Shown here: in pieces, positions 19,731 to 28,763 of the stretch | Layout of the letters: every line of letters starts with the position of its first letter | How positions within the stretch are numbered: position 1 is the stretch's first letter | Assembly: GCA_043823065.1 (NCBI GenBank) | Contig: JBDRBB010000010.1 | Span: 128,001-192,000, forward strand | Direction of reading: 5' to 3' | Length of the DNA: 64,000 nucleotides | Source: Pseudomonadota bacterium | GTDB lineage: Bacteria; UBA10199; 2-02-FULL-44-16; DYJF01 | The notes under the pieces: model-generated | What the model was told of the DNA's origin: nothing | Database searches by the model: none | Seen by the model: the letters and a program-made list of their open reading frames with translations, nothing else | Translations under genes and position numbers: made by a program

Positions 19731-20144
19731 ATGAATTCAATCATTCTTGCCAGAGTTTCAACGAGGGAACAGGAGGAAGGCCACTCCATCGATGCACAGA
19801 TTGCAAGGCTCAAGGAAACGGTCTTATTGGAGCAACACACGCAAGCCGATGAAAGCTTCAACACCACCGTCTCTACCTTGTTAGACCTCGCTTCGCGGGC
19901 ATACGAGCTTTTCGAGAGTTCGAGACCAGAGCAAAAACGCGAACTCATCAACTTGACACTATCGAACTTGCAGCTCAAAGGCCGAACTCTTGAATATCAA
20001 ACAAGAAAGCCATTCTCCGAGTTTCGGAAAATGGCTTCTTGTACTGAATTGCTCCGAAGGCCGGATTACCACACTTCGTGTGGTGCTCCATATGATTTGT
20101 GCTTCGCACCCCATTTTCTATTCTGCAATTCGCCTAACGGCTAG
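19731..20144 (+). pseudogene. Large serine recombinase remnant with in-frame internal deletion
   Basis: Catalytic N-terminus ARVSTREQ..GHSIDAQ joined directly to C-terminal segment (EQKRELINL.LSNL.L......RKPF); crosses att at 20049. Confidence 0.8.
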
Positions 20145-20267
20145 AATTGCAGTTCGTCGTCAAACCAGCCGCCTAATGGCGGCGGTTCTCATCACAACTT
20201 ACAAACAAGAAAATAAAAAAAGAGGCAGAAAGCCTCTTTTTTTATTTTCTGCTCCGAAGGCCGGATT
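20050..20267 (-). repeat. tRNA-linked multi-hairpin element flanked by 18-bp duplication of tRNA-Asn 3' end
   Basis: TGCTCCGAAGGCCGGATT at 20050-20067 and 20250-20267; four internal hairpins plus terminator. Confidence 0.75.
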
Positions 20268-20325
20268 CGAACCGGCGACCCAGTGATTAACAGTCACTTG
20301 CTCTGACCAGCTGAGCTACTTCGGA
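20252..20325 (-). tRNA. tRNA-Asn (GTT)
   Basis: TCCGAAG acceptor stem, anticodon loop CTGTTAA, GGTTCGAATCC T arm; CCA not encoded. Confidence 0.95.
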
Positions 20326-20430
20326 GTATGTAAAAAAGCCCGTTTTACGTATATCGTAAAACCTATTTCGTCAATAGGGAAACGCGCTGTTGTTTTCTAA
20401 AAATCAATTTGTTATAACTTGATAAGCCAT

Positions 20431-22080
20431 ATGCCCCAAAAACTTATTATCAAATTAAACGGCAAAAGAATTCACACCCAGCAAGGCGTGCGGGTTGCTG
20501 ATATTTTGCCTTTAAGTCCGCATAAAGGCAAATTTCCAGCTATTGGTATTATAATCAATAAGCGCATTGACGGTCTTTATTACCAGATTCAGTCTGAGGC
20601 TGAAATTGAAACCATTGATCTTACCCAGCGGGAAGGCATGGATATTTATCGCCGCACTCTTTCTTTAATGCTTTGCGCGGCCATGTATGAACTAGATTCC
20701 AAGGCCGTGGTTATGGTGGGGCAATCCTTATCTGATAATTACTTTTTTGAAATCCACAATCATCGTTTAAGCCAAACCTTGCTTAATAAATTAGAAGCCA
20801 AGATGCAAAGTTTTGTTCAGGCAGACATTTCTCTTATGCGCGAGTGGATTATGATTGAAGAGGCTATGGCTATTTTTAAACAAGAATCGCAACAAGACAA
20901 AATCGCTTTGCTTAAACAAAGCAGGCGTTCAGAAGCGCCGTTGGTTAAGATTAACAACTTCCATGCCATAGCATATGGACCAGTTGCCTATACCACCAAG
21001 GTTATGAATCTTTTTAAAATTCATCCCTATGAACATGGATTGATCCTTGGTTTTCCAAATGATGCCGGCCAGCTAGAACGCAAAATTCCTGCCCAACCTA
21101 AACTCTTCAATACTTATAAAGAAACTAAAAAATGGAACAAATTAAGCGGAGCAACTACCATTACTGATCTAAATGAACATTGTATTAAAGGCTCAATTTC
21201 AGAGTTGATTAAAATCTCCGAAGCCCTGCATGAAAAAAAGATTTCAGCCATTGCTGATGAAATTGCCAAGCGCAAAAATATACAATTAATTTTAATTGCT
21301 GGCCCCTCAGGTTCTGGCAAGACAACCTTTTCCAAGCGCCTAGCCATTCAGCTTAAACTGCATGGTATCAATCCTTTATCTTTATCCATTGATAATTATT
21401 ATTTAAGCCGTAGCAAAACTCCCAAACATCCTGACGGCACTTATGATTATGAATGTTTGCAAGCCTTAGATTTACCCCTGTTAAATTGTCAGCTCAAGTC
21501 TATTTTACAAGGTAAAGTCGTTGGTCTTCCCAAATTCAATTTTTCAATTGGCAAACGCGCAACTCAAACTACCGAAGTTCAGTTGGAAAAAGATCAAGTA
21601 ATTATCATGGAAGGAATTCATGGCTTAAATGAAAAACTATCTGCTGCAGTGCCGCGCAAGAACAAATATAAAATTTATGTTTCAGCTTTAACTCAATTAT
21701 CTATTGATAATCATAATCGTATCTTTACCACAGACACCCGCCTGATGCGCAGAATTATCCGGGACAGATTGTTTAGAGGAACAGATGCTACAGAAACAAT
21801 TTCCATTTGGCCGAGCGTGCGCGCTGGAGAATATAAATATATTTTTCCCTTTCAAGAAGATGCAGATGTTATTTTTAATTCAGCACTAACCTATGAACCA
21901 GCATTGATGAAAACCTTTGCTGATCGGTTTTTAATGGAAGTAGATAGAAATCATCCTTCTTTTATGGAAGCAGCCAGGTTATTTCGCTTTTACTCCTATC
22001 TGGTTCCTGTTTTGCCCCGTGAGTTGCCGCCGATTTCTATTTTAAGAGAATTTATTGGCGGCAGTGCTTTTCGCTATTAA
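20431..22080 (+). CDS. Nucleoside (uridine/phosphoribulo) kinase with ThrRS-like N-terminal domain
   Basis: YRRTL, EALHEKKI, AGPSGSGKTT, EGIHGLN, RRIIRD..FRG, IFPFQE.AD..FNS, REFIGGS. Confidence 0.88.
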   Translation: MPQKLIIKLNGKRIHTQQGVRVADILPLSPHKGKFPAIGIIINKRIDGLYYQIQSEAEIETIDLTQREGMDIYRRTLSLMLCAAMYELDSKAVVMVGQSLSDNYFFEIHNHRLSQTLLNKLEAKMQSFVQADISLMREWIMIEEAMAIFKQESQQDKIALLKQSRRSEAPLVKINNFHAIAYGPVAYTTKVMNLFKIHPYEHGLILGFPNDAGQLERKIPAQPKLFNTYKETKKWNKLSGATTITDLNEHCIKGSISELIKISEALHEKKISAIADEIAKRKNIQLILIAGPSGSGKTTFSKRLAIQLKLHGINPLSLSIDNYYLSRSKTPKHPDGTYDYECLQALDLPLLNCQLKSILQGKVVGLPKFNFSIGKRATQTTEVQLEKDQVIIMEGIHGLNEKLSAAVPRKNKYKIYVSALTQLSIDNHNRIFTTDTRLMRRIIRDRLFRGTDATETISIWPSVRAGEYKYIFPFQEDADVIFNSALTYEPALMKTFADRFLMEVDRNHPSFMEAARLFRFYSYLVPVLPRELPPISILREFIGGSAFRY

Positions 22081-23129
22081 ATATTTCCGCCCAAATGCGC
22101 TGCTTGTTTTTCCATCTTTTCTTCAACCTTTTCCGGAGGAAGTTCAAATAAATGTTTGGAAACTTTTCGTAAGGTGAATGTGCCAAAAACTGTTTTAAGG
22201 ATATAATTGGCAAACATCCAGAGCAGGGTGGCGGCAAAGATCAGCTCTTGTGGTGTTATTTGGCCGGTTGAAAAAATAGAACCAGTTACATAAGGATATA
22301 AAAGCTCAACCATAGCGGCATTGGTAGTGCCCAAGCCACCTGGTGTAATTGGCAAAGTGCCGATAAAAAATACAATGGGTACATTACCTAGAACCTTGGT
22401 AAAAGGAATGTGTACACCAAATGTTAATAAAATAACATACATGGAAATAATAATGGTGAAATGAATTGGAATACGCATGACAGCTAAAATTAGCATGTCT
22501 TTAACTTTAGTTTCTTGAAAAACCCGAAAAGATTGGCGCCCCATTTGTTTTTCTAAAAACCGCCACCTAAAAAGAGGTCTGCCTAAAATTTTTTGCGGCC
22601 AGCGTCGCCAAAAGGCCAGCCAGATGAAAGTGAAGATATAAGCAGCCAAAGCAAAGCTTCTAACAGTATGGCCAATATCTAGTCCCATAACCAGTTGTTG
22701 TTGAAAAAAAGAACCTACTAAAGCCAAATTAATAATCCACAATAGATCAATAAAGATAATCAAAAGAAACACGCCCATGGCTTGAAAGACCGGGATTTGA
22801 TAGCGACGGTTTAAATAATAGGCAAAAGCCACTTGGCTGGCTGGATAGTTAATAATCATGATTAAATAGGTAACAGCCCGGGCCAGAAAAATATCTTTTA
22901 GGTGTACAGTATAGCCGTATTTGCGAAAAGCATAGGTAAAAACCAAAGAGTCGATTACATAAATAAATAAAAAATAACCTAAGACAAAAGCGCCAAAAGA
23001 CCACAAGTTCACATAACTTATAGCTTTTAAGACCTTGGGCAAGGGATAGAGATGAAAAAGATAGATAAAAATTATCAGGGCAAAAACCCAAGGCAATATT
23101 TTTTTAGCATAGTGGATGATTTTTTTCAT
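22077..23129 (-). CDS. Lysylphosphatidylglycerol synthase TM / flippase-like membrane protein
   Basis: Multiple TM helices; LPITPGGLGT motif. Confidence 0.75.
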   Translation of the reverse strand: MKKIIHYAKKILPWVFALIIFIYLFHLYPLPKVLKAISYVNLWSFGAFVLGYFLFIYVIDSLVFTYAFRKYGYTVHLKDIFLARAVTYLIMIINYPASQVAFAYYLNRRYQIPVFQAMGVFLLIIFIDLLWIINLALVGSFFQQQLVMGLDIGHTVRSFALAAYIFTFIWLAFWRRWPQKILGRPLFRWRFLEKQMGRQSFRVFQETKVKDMLILAVMRIPIHFTIIISMYVILLTFGVHIPFTKVLGNVPIVFFIGTLPITPGGLGTTNAAMVELLYPYVTGSIFSTGQITPQELIFAATLLWMFANYILKTVFGTFTLRKVSKHLFELPPEKVEEKMEKQAAHLGGNI

Positions 23130-23136
23130 TTATTAA

Positions 23137-23164
23137 GCAACTTTTTTGCTGAAGTTTCGATAAT
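23137..23164 (+). promoter_or_regulatory. Alternative-sigma-like promoter motif GCAAC-N16-CGATAAT
   Basis: Same motif at 24920, 30894, 50198. Confidence 0.45.
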
Positions 23165-23286
23165 AGGGTCAAATTTGAGTCCAAACCTCGGCGAAGGAAA
23201 TAGGGAAGGAGAATCTTCGCCGTCTTTAATCCCCCATCTCCTTTCCTAAATACTAGCCCCTGCTTTTTAAGTAGGGGCTTTTTATT
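23165..23286 (+). ncRNA. Candidate small RNA
   Basis: Promoter motif, CGGCGAAG/CTTCGCCG stem, CU-rich tract, + strand terminator AGCCCCT..AGGGGCTTTTT; both flanking genes on - strand. Confidence 0.4.
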
Positions 23287-23882
23287 TACATTTTTTTATG
23301 GCCCAAACCCACTAAATATATCTCAGAAGAGGTCTTTCTGGTGGCTTTAGGCCGGACTTCTTCAACTTTTTTAAAGGCTTTTTTGAGCAGTTTTTTATAT
23401 TCTGTTAATTCCTTGCCTGGAAATATTTTAACCAAAAAATTACCATCTTCTACGAGCAAGCCATGACAAATTTCTAAGGCCCGCATAGCTAGCTCATAAG
23501 AATTATAGGCATCTCGAAAAGAAATCCCAGATAGTTTTGGAGATAGATCAGAAACCACTACATCAGCATCACGAAGTAGTCTTAAGCAAATCTGATTAAT
23601 GGCATCAGGAGACATGACATTTCCTAAGATAAATGCTGTATTTTGGGGGATTTGAATACTTAAAGCCTCTGTATCAACACCAATTACATTGCCTTTAGGA
23701 CCCACAATTTTGGATATTTCTTTAAGCCAGCCACCAGGGGCACAACCAATATCAATAACCACATCCCCTTTTTTCATCAGCTTAAAGCGTTTTTGGAGTT
23801 CAGTAACTTTATAGGCTGCTCTGCAGACTTTTCCTTCTTTTTTGGCTTTTTTGTAAAAATGGTCTTTTCGTTGATAGGCCAT
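23286..23882 (-). CDS. rlmE: 23S rRNA Um2552 methyltransferase RlmE/FtsJ
   Basis: RAAYK, DIGCAPGGW, SDLSP, KIF, R..SSEIY. Confidence 0.93.
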   Translation of the reverse strand: MAYQRKDHFYKKAKKEGKVCRAAYKVTELQKRFKLMKKGDVVIDIGCAPGGWLKEISKIVGPKGNVIGVDTEALSIQIPQNTAFILGNVMSPDAINQICLRLLRDADVVVSDLSPKLSGISFRDAYNSYELAMRALEICHGLLVEDGNFLVKIFPGKELTEYKKLLKKAFKKVEEVRPKATRKTSSEIYLVGLGHKKM

Positions 23883-23941
23883 AGCTTTATACGTTTATGT
23901 TTTTGCTGAAAAAAATGCAATTAATTTGATCAGGTATTGAT

Positions 23942-24058
23942 TATGAACTGATGCCTTTCGGCCGACTTTTCTCACCTCCCTCAGACTCTTACGAAACTAT
24001 TAGCAGCTTAGGGGTTGTTGGTCCGGTTCGCAAAGCCGCCCTACGTCATCAGCTCATA
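23942..24058 (-). repeat. Structured intergenic motif, copy 1 of 3
   Basis: Aligns with 44868-44989 and 62788-62902; terminal stem ATGAACTGATG/CATCAGCTCAT. Confidence 0.8.
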
Positions 24059-24189
24059 TCTAATTTTACGATGAAATTATTGGGGTTTTTAGCTGAAAGG
24101 TGGGGTATTTACACCTCGAAAAACAGTTGAAAGTCTAAAATCTAAAGTAAAAAGTTTTGTAAAATCAATTAGTTAATATTTGTTAAGAG

Positions 24190-24205
24190 TGGCAAAGAGA
24201 TTGCA
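24190..24205 (+). promoter_or_regulatory. Sigma-54 -24/-12 promoter with IHF site at 24163-24175
   Basis: TGGCAAAGAGATTGCA (GG-N10-GC); AATCAAttagTTA. Confidence 0.65.
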
Positions 24206-24235
24206 TAGTATTATAGTGAATAAAAAGGAGGAAGG

Positions 24236-24577
24236 ATGTCTGTAAATCAACTAAATCAAGCTGGTATTATTAATGAAGCTAACCAGATCTTAGCTGATTT
24301 TGGCTTATTAGATAGACCAGCGCCAGTTAGCCCAGAACCTGAACAAACAAGTTTTGATTCAGCTCAATACCGCAGAATAACCGAATCCAATGGCCAGATA
24401 CGGGCTGGGCTGTTTGGTAGACCGCAATTTAGGGGTCGCAGTGAAATAGATGTGACTAGACTTAGCGCTACTTTAGCAAACGTTGATCCTGCAGTTGCAG
24501 CCAGGGTTATTGCTGAATTGCCAGCTGATATAGCTGGTCAAGTTTTGGCAGAAGGCATTAATAGCATAGATTTATAA
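24236..24577 (+). CDS. Hypothetical protein
   Basis: Strong RBS AGGAGGA; sigma-54 promoter upstream. Confidence 0.7.
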   Translation: MSVNQLNQAGIINEANQILADFGLLDRPAPVSPEPEQTSFDSAQYRRITESNGQIRAGLFGRPQFRGRSEIDVTRLSATLANVDPAVAARVIAELPADIAGQVLAEGINSIDL

Positions 24578-24587
24578 GGGGGCTCCT

Positions 24588-24902
24588 ATGGCAAAAAATA
24601 AAAAATGGACCAAAGAAAAATTACTTAAAGTTTTTGAACTGCTAATTGAAAGCGATCATCCAATTGTTAGCCATAAAGAATTTAGAAAACGTCTTGATCG
24701 TGATCGAAATTTACTTGCCAATCAAATCATCCGCCAAGCCAATGGTAACATAGCTTACCGGTCTGTTGATTGTGATCCTCTCAATTTAAGTGATGAAGAA
24801 TTTTGGGAATATATTGATAATACCCAATATTCAGACATGATTGAAGAAAATGCTGCTGTGGCTATTCTAAAGATGGCGGAAAAATTAGAGCTGAACAGCT
24901 AA
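24588..24902 (+). CDS. Hypothetical protein
   Basis: RBS AAGGGGG; 10 bp downstream of previous ORF. Confidence 0.7.
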   Translation: MAKNKKWTKEKLLKVFELLIESDHPIVSHKEFRKRLDRDRNLLANQIIRQANGNIAYRSVDCDPLNLSDEEFWEYIDNTQYSDMIEENAAVAILKMAEKLELNS

Positions 24903-24919
24903 TAATTTAAAAAAACCGC

Positions 24920-24947
24920 GCAACAAATTCCAAAAATCGCCGATAAT
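24920..24947 (+). promoter_or_regulatory. Promoter motif GCAAC-N16-CGATAAT containing GCCGATAA (sigma-28-like -10)
   Basis: GCCGATAA matches the FliA -10 consensus. Confidence 0.5.
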
Positions 24948-25129
24948 AATAGTGGATGGTGAAAATTAGGTTTAGGAAAGATCGCCATCATCAACTGTGG
25001 GGGAGCCTTTATAATGAAAAGGGCCACAGCTGATGTCAAAAAATATAATAAAATCATTTAGTTATAAATAGCAAATAGGGATTGGAGTATAATACACTCA
25101 AATCCCTATTTTTGTTCTTTGAAATATTG

Positions 25130-25202
25130 TGGGCAGGGAGGGAATTGAACCCCCGACACGTAGATTTTCAGTCTACTGCTCTACCGACTGAGCTACCTGC
25201 CC
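25130..25202 (-). tRNA. tRNA-Phe (GAA)
   Basis: GGGCAGG acceptor, CTGAAAA anticodon loop, GGTTCAATTCC. Confidence 0.95.
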
Positions 25203-25512
25203 TTAAAAAACGTCTGGCAACATAGATTATCACCAGATAGGTGTCAAGTATTGTTGCTTTTGACTACTTGAAATAAAAATTTGGCTTAGAAATTAAGCAA
25301 AAAAAATGATTAATGGAAGTGGCAAATTAGAGGTGGCCTTATTGCTGTTTGAAAAATAAAGTTTTAAATTCTTTTTAAAAAACGCGGTGTTGCAAGTTGA
25401 CGGTGTTTCTAAGGTATGGTATATAAGCATCTGGTTCAGTAAAGCTAAAATGATATAACTTGTTAATATTACTGAACAAATTTGAGCTTGTAAATAAAAA
25501 AGGGAGGATTAA

Positions 25513-26025
25513 ATGTCAGAGAAGCGGTCAGTTCTAAATCCAGAATTCAAGGTGGGAGATGTCGCAGTTTATCCAGCCCATGGAGTGGGTAAAGTCCATT
25601 CTATAGAAGAAAGAGAAATTGCCGGTAATAAGCATAAATTTTATATCCTTAAAATTTTAGATAGCGGCATGACCATTATGGTTCCCACAGGCAATGTTAG
25701 AAATGTGGGGCTAAGAGAAGTAGTTAGCCAAAGTGAAGTAGAGGTGGTTTATGATATTTTGCGCGAGCGCGATATTTCTATTAATGAACAGACCTGGAAT
25801 CGTCGCTATCGCGAATATATGGATAAAATTAAAACCGGCTCTGTTTATGAAGTAGCCGAAGTTTTAAGAGATTTAATGCTTTTGCGCTATGAAAAAGAGC
25901 TGTCTTTTGGTGAACGCAAAATGCTAGATACAGCTCGCGGATTGTTAGTTAAAGAACTAGCAATTGCTGAAGAAACAGAAGAAGAAGAAATAGCTGAGCA
26001 AATTGATGATATTTTCACTAATTAA
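25513..26025 (+). CDS. carD: CarD/CdnL family RNA polymerase-binding regulator
   Basis: FKVGD.AVYPAHGVG, WNRRYR, LSFGERKML; upstream of ispDF. Confidence 0.93.
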   Translation: MSEKRSVLNPEFKVGDVAVYPAHGVGKVHSIEEREIAGNKHKFYILKILDSGMTIMVPTGNVRNVGLREVVSQSEVEVVYDILRERDISINEQTWNRRYREYMDKIKTGSVYEVAEVLRDLMLLRYEKELSFGERKMLDTARGLLVKELAIAEETEEEEIAEQIDDIFTN

Positions 26026-26127
26026 AGAATAAAGGGTCCAAAAAAGGGTAAGAAAATAAGGTGCCAAGCAAGATTTGGCACCTTTTTTATTGAGATATAA
26101 GACATAAGCTGCTAGCAATCACCCTCT

Positions 26128-26805
26128 ATGAATATAGGTGTAATCATCGCCGCAGGCGGCATAGGTCAGAGAATGGGTGGAAATAGGCCCAAGCAGTTTT
26201 TAGAAATTGCCGGCCAGCCTATTATCCATCACACCCTGCAAGTTTTTCAAAATATGGAAGAGGTTAAGGAAGTTGTAATAGTTTTGGCCAAGGATTATGT
26301 AGAATCATTTCAATATCAAGGTCCAAAACATTGGCAAGTAATCCCAGGTGGTAAACAGAGACAAGATTCAGTTAGTAATGGTCTAAAGGTAATTTCAGAT
26401 AATTGTGAAGTTGTGTTAATTCATGATGCAGCCCGTCCTTTTATTAGCCAAGATTTAATTAAACAAGTAGCTAAGCAGGCCCTAAATCATGGGGCAGCTA
26501 TTTTAGCTTGCCCTATAAAAGAAACTATAAAAATGGTAAATTCGCAAAATACTATAATAGAAACCATAGATCGCAGCAAACTTTGGGCAGCGCAAACTCC
26601 GCAAGGTTTTGAACTTAAACTTTTTAGAAAAGCTATGCAGGCGGCAAATGAAGCTGGATATGTGGGAACCGATGACGCCAGTTTGGTGGAGAGACTTGGG
26701 AATAAGGTCCACCTAGTTGAAGGTGATTCCAGAAATATTAAGATTACCACTCCTGAGGATTTGGTGATTGCCGAAGCAATTGCTAAAGGTTGGAAAGAAA
26801 AATGA
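26128..26805 (+). CDS. ispD: 2-C-methyl-D-erythritol 4-phosphate cytidylyltransferase
   Basis: AAGG.G.RMG...PKQF, HDAARP, QTPQ, TDDA, NIKITTPED. Confidence 0.96.
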   Translation: MNIGVIIAAGGIGQRMGGNRPKQFLEIAGQPIIHHTLQVFQNMEEVKEVVIVLAKDYVESFQYQGPKHWQVIPGGKQRQDSVSNGLKVISDNCEVVLIHDAARPFISQDLIKQVAKQALNHGAAILACPIKETIKMVNSQNTIIETIDRSKLWAAQTPQGFELKLFRKAMQAANEAGYVGTDDASLVERLGNKVHLVEGDSRNIKITTPEDLVIAEAIAKGWKEK

Positions 26806-27278
26806 ATAGAATAGGTATTGGATACGACATTCATAAGTTGGTAGAGGGTCGAAAATTAATTTTGGGCGGTGTAGAGATTCCTTTTGAAAAAGGTTTGCTA
26901 GGTCACTCAGACGGCGATGCCTTGTTGCATGCTATTGCAGATGCCTTGTTAGGAGCAGCTAGCTTAGGTGATATTGGTCAGCATTTTCCAGACAATGACC
27001 CTGCTTATAAAAATGCTGATAGCAAAGAACTCTTAAAAACAGTGGCTAAGTTGATTTCAGAAAATGGTTATCAAGTAGTAAATATTGATTCGAATATCAT
27101 TATCCAAAAACCAAAACTAGCGCCCTACTTAGACAAAATGTCTCAAACTATTGCCGAAATTTTGAATATAGAGCAAGATCAAGTAAATGTAAAAGCTAGA
27201 TCTAATGAGGGTTTGGGAGATATAGGCCAAGGTCTAGCAGCAGCAACTCAAGCAGTAGTGATCATCTCCAGGGGCTAA
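26802..27278 (+). CDS. ispF: 2-C-methyl-D-erythritol 2,4-cyclodiphosphate synthase
   Basis: RIGIGYDIH, GHSDGD, GDIGQHF. Confidence 0.96.
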   Translation: MNRIGIGYDIHKLVEGRKLILGGVEIPFEKGLLGHSDGDALLHAIADALLGAASLGDIGQHFPDNDPAYKNADSKELLKTVAKLISENGYQVVNIDSNIIIQKPKLAPYLDKMSQTIAEILNIEQDQVNVKARSNEGLGDIGQGLAAATQAVVIISRG

Positions 27279-27281
27279 TTT

Positions 27282-28763
27282 ATGACACTTAATCTTTATA
27301 ATACTTTGCACAACCAGAAGGAAGAATTTGAGCCGCTTAAGTCAGGTAAAATTGGCATGTATGTTTGCGGGATCACAGCCTATGATTCTTGTCATTTGGG
27401 CCATGCCCGGGCTGCTATTGTTTTTGATGTTATTGTTCGTTATTTAAGATTTAGTGGTTATGATGTTACTTATATCAGAAACTATACAGATATAGACGAT
27501 AAAATTATTAAACGGGCTAATCAAGAAAACTTGTCTTGTCAGGAAATTGCTACGCGTTATATCCAAGAATATGAAGAAGATATGGCAGCGCTAGGTGTGC
27601 AAAACCCAGATCAAACGCCAAAGGCCACTGAGCATATTCCAGAGATGATTGCTGCTATAGAAAAATTAATTCAAAAAGATTTAGCCTATGAAGTAAATGG
27701 CAGCATCTATTTTAGTGTTAGAAAATTTGCTGGTTATGGAAAATTATCTGGAAAAAATATTGAAGAGCTAGAATCAGGAGCAAGAATAGATGTGGATGAA
27801 ACAAAACAAGATCCCCTGGATTTTGCATTATGGAAAGCTTCCAAACCAGGTGAGCCTAAGTGGTCCTCTCCTTGGGGAGAAGGTCGGCCTGGGTGGCATA
27901 TTGAATGTTCAGTCATGAGCTCCAAATATTTGGGTCAGCCTTTTGATATTCATGGCGGCGGTCGCGATTTAGTATTTCCTCATCATGAAAATGAAATCGC
28001 TCAAGCCGAAGGGGCTTGCGGATGTGAGTTTGCGCGTTATTGGCTGCACAATGGTTTTATTAATATTAATGCGGAAAAAATGAGCAAATCTTTGGGTAAT
28101 ATAAAAACAATTAAAGATATTAGATCAATTTTTGATTATGAAGTTATTCGCTATTTTCTTTTGGCCAATCATTACCGCTCTCCCATTGATTATACCGAGG
28201 ATAATGTAACCAATGCTGAGCGGGCAGTGGTTAGTTATTATGCTTCTTTAGAGCATATTATGGAAGCTGCCAAAAATTATAATGCAAACGTGAATCTAAA
28301 ACTAAATGATTATGAACAAGATTTACTGCAAGCCATTAAAGGATTTAGAACTGAATTTCAAAAAGCCATGGATGATGATTTTAACACCGCTTCAGCCATT
28401 GCCCGCATTTTTGATTTAATTCGCGAAGTAAATGGTTATGTAATTAATAAACAAAAGCAATCTGCAAAAGATGCTAAGGCCAAGCTGGCAAAAGCATATT
28501 TGGAATCAATCAAAGAAGTCAGCCAGGTTTTAGGTTTTTTTGGTTCAGAGTATCAAGAGTTTGTGAATCGACAAAATAAACTTGGCTTAAAAAGATTCAA
28601 TTTAGAGCAAGACCAAGTGGAAGATTTAATTGCCCAGCGTAGCCAAGCCAGAAAAGATAAAAATTTTGGCAAAGCAGATGAAATTCGCGCCCAGTTACAA
28701 GACATGCATATTGAAGTTAAAGATCGTCCAGATGGTGCCACTGATTGGATGGTAAGGATTTAA
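27282..28763 (+). CDS. cysS: Cysteine--tRNA ligase
   Basis: [30 protein letters not shown]. Confidence 0.97.
   Translation: MTLNLYNTLHNQKEEFEPLKSGKIGMYVCGITAYDSCHLGHARAAIVFDVIVRYLRFSGYDVTYIRNYTDIDDKIIKRANQENLSCQEIATRYIQEYEEDMAALGVQNPDQTPKATEHIPEMIAAIEKLIQKDLAYEVNGSIYFSVRKFAGYGKLSGKNIEELESGARIDVDETKQDPLDFALWKASKPGEPKWSSPWGEGRPGWHIECSVMSSKYLGQPFDIHGGGRDLVFPHHENEIAQAEGACGCEFARYWLHNGFININAEKMSKSLGNIKTIKDIRSIFDYEVIRYFLLANHYRSPIDYTEDNVTNAERAVVSYYASLEHIMEAAKNYNANVNLKLNDYEQDLLQAIKGFRTEFQKAMDDDFNTASAIARIFDLIREVNGYVINKQKQSAKDAKAKLAKAYLESIKEVSQVLGFFGSEYQEFVNRQNKLGLKRFNLEQDQVEDLIAQRSQARKDKNFGKADEIRAQLQDMHIEVKDRPDGATDWMVRI

Larger units (their letters stand above)
11996..20055 (+). mobile_element. ~8 kb integrative element inserted at a tRNA-Asn-derived site
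   Basis: TTGCTCC direct repeat at 11996-12002 and 20049-20055; serine recombinase remnant at right end; Rep-like, HNH, Fic, helicase and nuclease cargo all on + strand. Confidence 0.85.

Noticed and set aside
11996..20055. Prophage
   Set aside because: No capsid, terminase, tail or Zot-like morphogenesis genes are recognisable.
19990..20286. 98-aa ORF
   Set aside because: Spans the hairpin element and antisense tRNA-Asn; spurious.
23942..24058. Hammerhead ribozyme (CTGATGA...CGAAA on minus strand)
   Set aside because: CTGATGA is part of the terminal stem and is not conserved in copies 2 and 3.
23942..24058. Riboswitch interpretation of the three-copy motif
   Set aside because: Neighbouring genes are functionally unrelated and promoter-like sequences appear between the motif and the genes; not excluded but unsupported.
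26057..26088. TGGCAC as a sigma-54 promoter
   Set aside because: No -12 GC at the right spacing; it is one arm of the carD terminator hairpin.
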